A DNA stretch of 62,554 bases from Rhynchobatus australiae (Eukaryota), in assembly GCA_034780895.1 (NCBI GenBank), contig JAUZTB010000076.1, positions 76,246,395 to 76,308,948 on the forward strand, given 5' to 3'. The position numbers and the translations under genes are program-made. Below are positions 51,601 through 62,554 of the stretch, piece by piece (within the stretch, counting starts at the first letter, position 1; the number at the start of each line of letters is the position of its first letter). The notes below the pieces were generated by a model. It did not search any database. It was not told where the DNA came from and saw only the letters and a list, made by a program, of their open reading frames with translations.

Positions 51601-54600
51601 ATCTTTCCATAAATAAAAGAAGTTAAACTACCTCACTGTAGGGCTATCAGTTGATGTTACCAATTCAGTGTAGGAAAATTCCAAGGATGCCATGTTCTAT
51701 CATAGTAATCTTTAACTGACTGCTACTGGAATTCTTGTGACCTCAGTGATGAGAGAAACGGAGAGCTTCCAGGTAGGTAGGGGAAAAATGAATTTTTCGA
51801 ATTGTATTGCTCATGAGATTGTTACACTATATTTACCATAAACCAATCCAAACAGTTACTTAAAAAGTATCAGGATCTCGTGTGTGTGGAAGCTGTTTCC
51901 CAACATCACACACAAACCTCTGACTCCTCCACTCCTATGAGGTTTAACCAGGCATCATATAGCATCTTCAATCAAGTAAGTTATCCCAAGGAGTATCGTG
52001 ACTTACCCATTTTGTAAACTCATCATGTTTCAGCTCAGTGTTGGATGAAGTGTCGCACAGTGTAACCCACAATATCTAACTGATCCTGCACAGCCAACTA
52101 ATGACATAAACAGACCTGAAAGGTATGAAAAAGCCTTATTCACACTAAGGGTTAATTGAGAATTAAGGATTATTGATCACTTTACTTCGTATTGTATCAC
52201 CTTTTTTTACACACTGGTGCACAAATTTTACCAGCTACAAAGTAATAGTACAGAAAGATGGTAAAATGATTGCAAAAGTCTTGCATTTGGGTGTTTTTAA
52301 TTGATATTTAGCAAAAATAGCAGTACCTCAATGTAGGTGGCATGATTAAGATACCATTTCAGTTTCACTATCAACATGATTAAACACTTGTGCTGAAAAC
52401 ATATCAATTCACCACCTTTTGATATAACTGATTAACGAAGTTGGGCTAAACTTGAAAAGAACTTTGTATGATCATCACAAGTCCAGATATGCCAAATTTT
52501 GCATTTTGATTCCACCAACAAGTGAGCTATTGGAAGAAAAAGGCAGAGTTTTAATTACCAAATTCATGAAGTATCTAAATGCTTTCTGCACATTTGCAAA
52601 GAAGATCATTATTAGGTATGTTCTGGCAGTAAAAGGAGACGAATATGTGNNNNNNNNNNNNNNNNNNNNNNNNNNNNNNNNNNNNNNNNNNNNNNNNNNN
52701 NNNNNNNNNNNNNNNNNNNNNNNNNNNNNNNNNNNNNNNNNNNNNNNNNAGTAAAAGGAGACGAATATGTGAGTTATCATAATTCCTGTAATTTCTTATC
52801 AGTTATGATTGTTTGGCCTTCATCTGTAAAAGTAGGTTATGTCCAAACCTGGGTTCTGGTACCTACTTAGGTATTTTTTTGAGTAGTCAGAATCAACAAA
52901 GTTTTTTTTTAAAGATAACAAATTAATACATTAAGATTTAATCCCAAATTCTTGAGTCTTGAGCCTTAGTGTCCAATCAGAGAGGAATCCACTCCATCAA
53001 ATCTGAGAAATTCTTAACCAGAATAATCTGGAATGTGATTTCACAACAGCATATATCTACTATTCTGCAGCTAAATAACTTATTTACCAGTGACAGCCAG
53101 CCATGAGCTCACATTGTACATTTCTGTTGCTCAAAGCTTTTTGTGCAAAAATTTAATTGAGGTAGGTTAGTTAATAGAACTTGTGGATTCCACAGAGGAA
53201 TCTTTTCCACAAGTTTGTTCTGTTTGCTTATGAATCATGAGATTAACTCCTGTAGTTTCCTTTCCATTTTGTTTGGTGTGTCATCTACTTAATGTCTCTG
53301 CTGACAAGCTATCTACATGACTTAAAGAAACTGAAAAGGAATCATGGGCAGATTCACCTTTCAAGCAGCAGTATGTATTGCTATCTGCAGTTTCAGTTGG
53401 TTGTATTGTATCTAGAACTTTAAACAAAAAGTTCTGGTTTTACTCTGCACTACAGGGGCTAAGAACTGAAATTTATGAGGAACTAACTTCGAACTAATGG
53501 CAAAATGCTGCAGGGGTGTTTTGGTAATGGTGAAATGGTTTCTAAAGAGATTCTGTGCTACTAAGGCAAAACTGAACTATAAAATCAAACATAAAGCACG
53601 TTTGATCCTAAAGGTATTGTAATACTCAATTCTTTTTATGTCATATGTAAGACCACTGGGTTTTAGCTTNNNNNNNNNNNNNNNNNNNNNNNNNNNNNNN
53701 NNNNNNNNNNNNNNNNNNNNNNNNNNNNNNNNNNNNNNNNNNNNNNNNNNNNNNNNNNNNNNNNNNNNNNNNNNNNNNNNNNNNNNNNNNNNNNNNNNNN
53801 NNNNNNNNNNNNNNNNNNNNNNNNNNNNNNNNNNNNNNNNNNNNNNNNNNNNNNNNNNNNNNNNNNNNNNNNNNNNNNNNNNNNNNNNNNNNNNNNNNNN
53901 NNNNNNNNNNNNNNNNNNNNNNNNNNNNNNNNNNNNNNNNNNNNNNNNNNNNNNNNNNNNNNNNNNNNNNNNNNNNNNNNNNNNNNNNNNNNNNNNNNNN
54001 NNNNNNNNNNNNNNNNNNNNNNNNNNNNNNNNNNNNNNNNNNNNNNNNNNNNNNNNNNNNNNNNNNNNNNNNNNNNNNNNNNNNNNNNNNNNNNNNNNNN
54101 NNNNNNNNNNNNNNNNNNNNNNNNNNNNNNNNNNNNNNNNNNNNNNNNNNNNNNNNNNNNNNNNNNNNNNNNNNNNNNNNNNNNNNNNNNNNNNNNNNNN
54201 NNNNNNNNNNNNNNNNNNNNNNNNNNNNNNNNNNNNNNNNNNNNNNNNNNNNNNNNNNNNNNNNNNNNNNNNNNNNNNNNNNNNNNNNNNNNNNNNNNNN
54301 NNNNNNNNNNNNNNNNNNNNNNNNNNNNNNNNNNNNNNNNNNNNNNNNNNNNNNNNNNNNNNNNNNNNNNNNNNNNNNNNNNNNNNNNNNNNNNNNAGTG
54401 CTGAATTTCATTTGGCCAGGTTCCGTCATATCCCTCTGTGGTGGTACCCTAATATCCAAAAGACTCCAATTATACATAGAATAAAGCTGAAGAAAACATT
54501 GTTGAAATGGCTCCATGTGAGGGAGCCCTCAGTGCCCTTCAAACTTGGCTCATGCGGAATAGCCAGAACAAAATGCAAATATCATCAATACTTATCAATA

Positions 54601-57574
54601 CTTTTCTCTAAAGTATTGAACAATTCTTACATTTGAAAACAAAATCATCAAAATGTTACATTGTTAGGTTTTTTAAAAATTTCTATGCATCCTTGTGCAA
54701 CTAAGGAGCATTACTCTTCCTTCTACGTAGTGCAGCCTCTGTACCTTGAGGAGTGGTGGAGGTGTGCTCTTCTGGCTATTGTGAGGCTCTTGAGTGAATG
54801 TCTTCTGGCTATTGTGAGCTCATTGTATGTCGAAGCTCAGGAGGAATGTTCTTCATCTGCATAGAGGCAAATTCTAACTTTACAGAGAAAAGGCAGCAAT
54901 CAGACACTAATAATTGAGGGGCAATGGGTGGGAAGTGGGAGCACTTGAAGTGCAATTTCCACTTCTCTGATCATATGTCCCATCACCTGTCTCATGGGCC
55001 AGCCATACTTCACTCTTAAGTAGTATTGTGCAGATCAATGATCTGGTTTTGCCAGGTGGAAAGTATCTGCTATACATTTGAGGCTTCAAACATGGTGGCA
55101 TCCAGAGTCTGTACGGTCAAGATGTGCATGAACTCAGTTGCTGTAACTATTGTTCCTTGGAGCTGGCAAATTGATCAGTTATAAGAGATATTTTACCAAC
55201 AATCTCTGACATCAACTCAATCACCCTTGAATTGGACTCCAACATTCTGCTTACGGACACGTCGATGCATAATGTTTTCTGCTGCTTTTCAGTGATTGTT
55301 TTCATCAATGGTCCTTTGGGTCCAGCATCTGTGTCCAGCTGAAAGAAGCTTGGAGAGAACTGCGCTCTCTGGCGTGCATTACCCACTGGTGTCCTCTGCT
55401 GCCACTGTTTGGCTCCATCTTCCTTGTGAACTCTGAGATTCCAGATCAAAACCTAACTCTGTTTAAGACTGGATCCTTTGAGGGACAAATATACGTGTAT
55501 GGTATTGTGAATCCTGCAATAATGCACCCTTGGAGTAATCAGCAGCTCAAGATTATCTAATCGAGACATCTGTCAAGTTCTGCTGTGCATGAAAATCTCA
55601 GGAGAGAGAATTAGAAATGGCCGGTTAGGAATGTTGCCACAAGGTATTACGATAGTGCCCCTATTTAATTTGCCATTGAGATAAAGTTATCATGATTAGA
55701 CGTTGATCGATAGGCTGCTGATATTTAACTCTGTTAACAGGTAGTTGGGAAGACCTAATCTCCCCATCAGTGATGATCAGCAACTTAAACTCCACTGACC
55801 TCCAGCACTCCCTCCGCACAATTTTTGGAGGGCTGCCTGTGATCTGCCTCTTTCTAATACCTGTCCCTCCAGCAGTGGATGGCACAAGCCCCAAATGCCT
55901 TGAATGGAAGCGGTGCATTTCGGGAGGGTGATTAGCAGGAGAGGCATCAAATTGCATGGCGATCAGAGTGAACGGTAGATGGATAAAAGGGGCATAATGA
56001 AGCACCAATGGATGTACATTAAATTTGACATGACAAAGTAACGGCAATGTGTAATTGTATTTCCTGATTCAGCCAGGTCAATTATGTCTTATAGACCTAT
56101 ATCTTATGGCCTTATTGTCTAATTAAGCTTATCCTTCAGTAAATCCAAGAGCATGGTGCTCCGATGCTACTGCTGACCTCCACAGCCAGTCCTCCCTTGT
56201 GATGACAACAGGTTTCTAATCCTGTTTTGGGTAAGAGTATCTCCCACTCCTCCAAAGTGATGCATCATTAAATCAAGGCGCAGCCCTAACTTGTCCTTAA
56301 TCCTTAGTAAAACCTGAGAATTTTAAGTTTGGTGTTCACAAGATTAAATCTGAAAGTTACATGTCCACTCAGCACATTAGTTGAAGGTGGCAGACCGATA
56401 CCAGCTGGTTGAAGGTGGGGTCGGGGGGGGTGGATGATAATGAACTTGCCCGTGAGAACATGAGCCAGCCAGCCAGCCAAATCATTGTTATCTGGGAACT
56501 ATGATTATGTGTCTTATCTCAAACTGCAGGGGAAAGATAGACATGAGACAGTGTAAGAAATTGTGCTGGTGTTTGTAGCATGCAGTGCCTGCTTGGAATT
56601 CGTGCTTTGGAGGTCAGTAATATAATCAGCAGCTCAGCTTCTTCAACAACAGTTTTCTTGTGCAGGGAGGCCACAAAAGAACAAAGACTCGTATGTTTAA
56701 AGGCTATTGGTAAAATGTGAGCGAGGCAGTTTTGGCCAGACAAGATAGTCTGTTAGTTTATTTACAAGGAGAGGCCGATTTAAAATGAGGAGTGATGGAA
56801 ATGAATTGCGATTTGGTTTATGTTCACAAACTGACACAATAAAGCTACTTTATAATTCGGATTTGGCTTCATTTCCCTGCCGTGTCGATTAGTCTATTTT
56901 CCAAATATATTACGTTGTGGTCAGGATGAGTTGTAGGTGGATAAATGGCGTTGTGACGAAGAACAGGAACAGTGAGTGAACTTCCACGTTAAGTGGATGT
57001 GAGGGTAAATATAATGGAAGAGTCTTGATGTGGGAAGGTGAGGAGCACATGAGAAAATATTAGAAGTATACTCTCCACATAGAAAAGGGAATTTTAGTGC
57101 AACTTCCACACCTCACTGGGAAGCTTTTTTTTTAAACTTGGTATTGAACAATAAAATTAAACTTCTCACCAGGACAGTTAAAGGACCTGCTTACAGAAGA
57201 GACCAGCAATGTTAACCCAAGGGAAATAACCAAAATGGATCTTAGGTGTGTAACAAGTAGTGGCAACCACCTGGAATAATGGTCAATGTCAGTGATAAAT
57301 GAGACTGGGGGAAAAAAAAGTGGCAAGGAAAGGTGCAGTGAAGAGGGAAATGGAGCAGTCGACGTTTCAGGTTGAGACCCTTCATCTGGACTTCTGGTCA
57401 CCATTTTGGGTTGCTAAAATTGTCCTGTAAACATGAGGGGCAGATTATGAATGTGGCTCGGTGTCAACAGAACTTAGAGTTATGGGATGTGGTTTGCTCT
57501 ACCTCACTAGGAAGAACTCCGTTGGTTCCTGACAGTATCCACTCAGAGAATTGCACCAAGATAAGTTTCAGTTT

Positions 57575-57880
57575 TGGGCGGCACAGTGGTAGAGACCCAG
57601 GATCAATCCTGACCTCCTGGATTTGTCTGTGTGGAGTCTGCATGTTCTCCCTGTGACCACCTGGGTTTCCTCTGGGTTGCTCCAGGTTCCTCCCACATCC
57701 CAAAGAAGTGCAGTTTAGTATTGCCCTTGTGTGTAGGCGAGTAGCAGAATCTGGGGCGGTTGATGAGAATGTGGGAAGAATAAAAGGGGATCAATGTAGG
57801 ATCAGTGTAAATGGGTGTCTGTTGGTCAGTGCAGACTCAGTGGGCCAAAGGGTCTGTTTCCGTGCTGTATCTTTCTATCA
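57575..57880 (+). mobile_element. tRNA-derived V-SINE (HE1-like), near full length
   Basis: gggcggcacagtggtagagacccaggatcaatcctgacc...gggccaaagggtctgtttccgtgctgtat. Confidence 0.85.
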
Positions 57881-57884
57881 CTCG

Positions 57885-58420
57885 CCACGCTCCCTCCTCT
57901 ACATTGGAGAAACCAAGTGTAGACTAGGTGACCGTTTTGCTCTGTCCATAATGGCCATCTCGAGCTCCTGGTTGCACATCATTTTGTACCTCCTTCCCGC
58001 TCCCGCACCGACCTGTCTGTCCTCAGCCTTCTCCATTGCTACAGAGACACCAAACGCAAAACTGGAAGAACAACACCTCGTATTCTGCCTCGGTAACTTG
58101 CAACCCAATTGCATGAATATTGAATTTTCCAATTTCAGGCACCCCACACACCCCCCTCGTGGTGGTCTCCCTCACACACTCAAATATCCACTTGGTTTCC
58201 CTTTCCCCCCCACCCCCACCTGGGTCCATCTGCCCATCATCCTCTCCCCATCTGGTTTCACCTATCACCCACCAGCCCCCTACGTACTGCTATAAACTGG
58301 CAATCTTTCCTGTTCCTTCTCAGTCCTGATGCAGATTCTTGACCCAAAATGCTGACTTACAGCTTTTGCTTTCACAGATGCTGCTTGACCCACTGACTAT
58401 TTCCAACATTCTCATTTTGT
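57885..58420 (+). mobile_element. Penelope-like element 3' part: GIY-YIG fragment and pLTR
   Basis: LLYIGETKCRLGDRF and LEEQHLVFCLGNLQPNCMNIEFSNF. An inverted pLTR fragment lies upstream at ~57340-57392. Confidence 0.85.
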
Positions 58421-59479
58421 TCAACCTCTGGCCCTAATTATTTGATTTGCCAGGTCACTGGTCCCAGCCCGATACGAGTGAAGCCTGTCAAAAGAACAGT
58501 TTCCTTTCTCCCCAGTACTTGGAGTAGTGCCCTTTGAATCAAAAGCCCCTCTTCCTCACACCGCTCATTGTGCCATTGGTTCAGCTCTCTGATCTGTTTG
58601 ACCGTCTGACAATTTTACTTGTGGTTCAGGTTGTAATCCACAGATTTTTACCTTTTGTAGTTTTGCTTACCGATTTTAGGCCGTTAGACCAAATACCCCT
58701 CAGCGGGACTTCTTTCTTTGTTTCACCCTCGTGGTTGGTCCCTACGTGGAAATGGACCCAGCCCTTCCTGCTTTGGGTTTCGTTCCTAGACCTGCTGCAG
58801 GGCAAATCAAGAACAGTATCTTCTCCTTCTCTGCGCCGCCCCCACCACTACCACAGTTTCTCTTTACATCCTCTTTGCGCCACGGTCACTCTGAGCAGTT
58901 TGTTCGCCCTCCCTGAAGTCCTTGCTCTCATCCACACAGGCAGCAAAACCATCAACCTGTTGGATCTTAAGGGGACAACTCTTCCATCATTACACCCCTG
59001 ATGGTGTTTTGCGGTCGCAAGCTGCTGTCTNNNNNNNNNNNNNNNNNNNNNNNNNNNNNNNNNNNNNNNNNNNNNNNNNNNNNNNNNNNNNNNNNNNNNN
59101 NNNNNNNNNNNNNNNNNNNNNNNNNNNNNNNNNNNNNNNNNNNNNNNNNNNNNNNNNNNNNNNNNNNNNNNNNNNNNNNNNNNNNNNNNNNNNNNNNNNN
59201 NNNNNNNNNNNNNNNNNNNNNNNNNNNNNNNNNNNNNNNNNNNNNNNNNNNNNNNNNNNNNNNNNNNNNNNNNNNNNNNNNNNNNNNNNNNNNNNNNNNN
59301 NNNNNNNNNNNNNNNNNNNNNNNNNNNNNNNNNNNNNNNNNNNNNNNNNNNNNNNNNNNNNNNNNNNNNNNNNNNNNNNNNNNNNNNNNNNNNNNNNNNN
59401 NNNNNNNNNNNNNNNNNNNNNNNNNNNNNNNNNNNNNNNNNNNNNNNNNNNNNNNNNNNNNNNNNNNNNNNNCTAAAAC

Positions 59480-61430
59480 AAATAAACAGGATAAAAATAG
59501 CAAAATAAAACCACCTGGGCTCAGAAAAGATGCAGAATTCATTTGGCTGAAGCTAAGAAATAATGCCAAAAAAAAAAGCCCTTTGGGGTAGTTTATAGCA
59601 GCCTCTTCCTCTCTGACCCCCAAGAATGTAACACCAGTCAGAGTACAAATCAAGACATTTGGGATGCATGCAATAAAGGTAGTCATGAGATCTTGAGTCT
59701 TCAATTGATTTGGAAAACCAAATTGCATTGACAGCATTAACGTTGAGTTCATGGAATGCATTCAAGATGATTTTCTCGAGTACTATGTTGAAGAACTAAC
59801 AAAGGAAAAGACTAGTTTGGATTCAGTATAATCCAGTGAGTCACATTTTATTAATGAAAAAGAAAAAGCAGATGGGCAGGACTCAATGGATGCAGAATAT
59901 TTGGACTTGCAAAAAGCATTCAATACTGTGACATTTAATATGGTTTCCAGAAGTGGAGACGATATTTCAGCATGGATTAAGGACTGATTTTTCCTAGGTT
60001 CCTCCCTCCTTATAGTAAAGCAGGCTCTGGGAAAGTGTGATGGTAATATAGAATCTTATACTGTGTGTGAGTGTGGCATAGTTAAATCTGAAAACAGAAT
60101 CTTAAATCTGTACAGAATGAACTGTGTGGGTATTGGGGCCACATTGACTAAGATAGATTGAACACATAGATTGAAATATATGTTGATAAACAATAGCTTC
60201 CAATGAATATTCATCCATTGAGGGATAAAAGTTTAACTGGGAAAATGGCACAGAAATGGCTTAGTGCAGAAGTGGCAGATTGATGTCAGATAATTACAGC
60301 ACTGCCAAAAATGGTAATGGTCACCTGAGGATGGGAAAGGACTTTTTAAAAAATTACCATGAAATAGAGAAACTAGAATACAAAAGTAGCAAAATTTAAA
60401 AAAAATGTATATATATCGAATAAACCATGGGTACATACAAAGAAAACTAATGGTGAGGTATCTTGAAAGGAGCAGCAGGACAAATTATCACGGGGATTGA
60501 GAAAGAGCAGAAACATTTGCGACTGCCTTAATGCTATAAGGCACAAACAAAATCCCAGAGATAGTGGAATACCAAGAAACTATTGAAAATGAGGAATTTG
60601 AAGAAACTGGCACTGGTAAATAAATAGTACCTTAAAGCTAATGAGAATGCAGGTCACAGATCTTTTTCTGGTGGCCTGCAGCTCATGAGTTTAAAAGAGT
60701 TGGCTGAAGAGATTGTAGCTGCAGTTGTTTTGAACTTCCAGGATTTCCTGGATTTTACAATGGTGCTCACACACAGCAGAGTTACAAATACACCCTTGCC
60801 ATTCAAGAAAACAGTGAAAGAGCCCTTGGCAAGTTAGCTGCATATTCGTGCTATGGGAACGGCTCGGATCAATTGTTGGGGATATGGTATTAAGGTTTAG
60901 AAAATCACGGTATGATTAAGCAGAATCAGCATATTTGACAACTCTGTCAAAAGATTTCTGAGGTTGGAGCGAGCAGATAGATAAGAGGAAACGTGGATAT
61001 TTGGACTTCCAAAAACATTTGATAGGTTGCCACTCAATTTATTACACAAAATTAGGGATCATTGTTCCAGTGTTTTGAAGGTTCATGGTTCATGGGTGGG
61101 AAGTTCAGGGGAGATATCAGAGGGAGGTTTTTCACCCAGAGAGTGGTAGGTGCATGAATGCACTGCCTGGGGTGGTGGTGGAGGCAGATACGTTGGACAG
61201 GTTCAAGAGATTGTTGGATAGGCATATGGAGGNNNNNNNNNNNNNNNNNNNNNNNNNNNNNNNNNNNNNNNNNNNNNNNNNNNNNNNNNNNNNNNNNNNN
61301 NNNNNNNNNNNNNNNNNNNNNNNNNNNNNNNNAGGAAAGGGTTAGATAGTGTGAGGTGTGGTTTGATGGGCGGCACAACATGGTGGGCTGAAGGGCCTGT
61401 ATTGTGCTGCATTGTTCTACGGTGACTGAT
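59480..61430 (+). mobile_element. Old CR1 ORF2 remnants (endonuclease to RT) plus a younger CR1 3' end at ~61090-61430
   Basis: AEFIWLKLRNN..KK..LG endonuclease-like segment, tatttggacttccaaaa RT motif, ttcacccagagagtggtaggtgcatgaatgcactgcc tail. Confidence 0.7.
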
Positions 61431-62554
61431 TCTCTTCTGTTTCTGCTGGCTCTACTACTGTGCAGAGAGTTGTCTGTTCCATTATTTTCTGTACCATCTG
61501 GCATCAGTCTCCTATGCTTTGACGCTGAGCTGGGACTTCTAGCTGATGTTACTGTTCAAGATTGTTAGACTACTGCTGGATTAGATTCATCATGTTGATA
61601 GAACTAAACTGAAAGAAACCCAGGTGCAACTGGAGCTGAGGAGCTAGCCACCCATGGGGAGCTATGATGTTCCCACTGGTGTTGGGACTGGGCTGTCCTA
61701 AGCATATGCTGATTATCAGTTTCAGTCAAACTTCTGCTAGGTTGGTATGTGGCTGCTAAGGTTCTTTGGCAAGTAGCAAGAACTGCTGGGCAGGTGGTTT
61801 CAGAGCCATCATTAATTCAGCCAGACGTTGCTACTCAGCTGAATTCAGCCTGGTGAATTTGAATCACACTACAACTAAAGGGACAGGCGATGTGATGCTG
61901 AGCTGGGATCAACATGCCTGATATCTCTTTAGATCTAGCCAAGAAGATAGTCAGGATCTCGGCTCAATTTCATAGAGGAGCAATGGAGTTTTCCCACATT
62001 CCAGTTCTGAAGAAAAATCCCCAGCCTGAAATATTAAATTGGTTTCTCTTTCCACAGGCACTGCCTGACTTGATGAGTACTTCCAGCATTTTCTGGGTTT
62101 TTTTTATTTCAGATCTGGAATTTTTTTTGATTTACATTTACCAACCTTACTTTGCCTGAAATTCGGCTGTTGAAAGGACCAATACTCATTCTGAATTCAT
62201 GTCCTCTCTGAGATGTCTAATCTTCTATGACCCCAAATACCAGCTCACATGCCTTGGCAGTCATTCTCCACTCCAAGTCTCAGGATCATTCCGGGCTGCT
62301 GCAAATCTCTACCATATCTCACAGTTTGGTATTCATTGCCGCATGTGAGAAATCTCCCATACTCCATATTGCAGGAGAGAAGACTTGATCTATGTACTGT
62401 ATGAAAGGGAAGTTTCAGAACTGTGTGTACAGATGAGATATCATGAGAACATAGCAAAAACCTTGAAGAAACATTTTAATCCAATGCTGTTGGAGATTTC
62501 CGAGAGCTGGAATTTGGAAATGGGTTACCGGGGATCAAAGGCAGTAGGTGGTGA

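Noticed and set aside
53638-54636. Long ORFs made mostly of X (also 1290-1966, 30666-31283, 48102-48923, 58922-59761)
   Set aside because: Artefacts of N runs, which contain no stop codons.
57575-57620. tRNA-like A/B boxes
   Set aside because: Heads of tRNA-derived SINEs, with no complete cloverleaf.

Overview
AT-rich, repeat-rich vertebrate genomic DNA with many N gaps. The repeat content (HE1/V-SINE-like SINEs, CR1, L2, Rex1/Babar, Deu-domain SINEs, Penelope fragments) points to a cartilaginous fish; that assignment is inference. The + strand carries the last seven coding exons of STXBP5 (tomosyn-1) between 14071 and 44089. All have GT-AG boundaries with consistent phases, and they include the 51-nt alternatively spliced exon and the C-terminal R-SNARE motif. 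A ~2.6 kb putative 3' UTR follows. Upstream of these exons, in what is inferred to be the preceding intron, lies an antisense, decayed Ty3/Gypsy (CsRn1-like) LTR retrotransposon (5787-8949). It has both LTRs, a tRNA-Trp PBS, an intact -1 frameshift signal and an in-frame loss of RNase H. The most distinctive non-gene pattern is a set of short, TSD-flanked, fold-back insertions derived from Penelope-like elements, carrying hammerhead-ribozyme-like cores with recurrent variants. I found no convincing evidence of a wholly new biological system. Family names come from motif recognition, not database searches, and most repeat boundaries are approximate.
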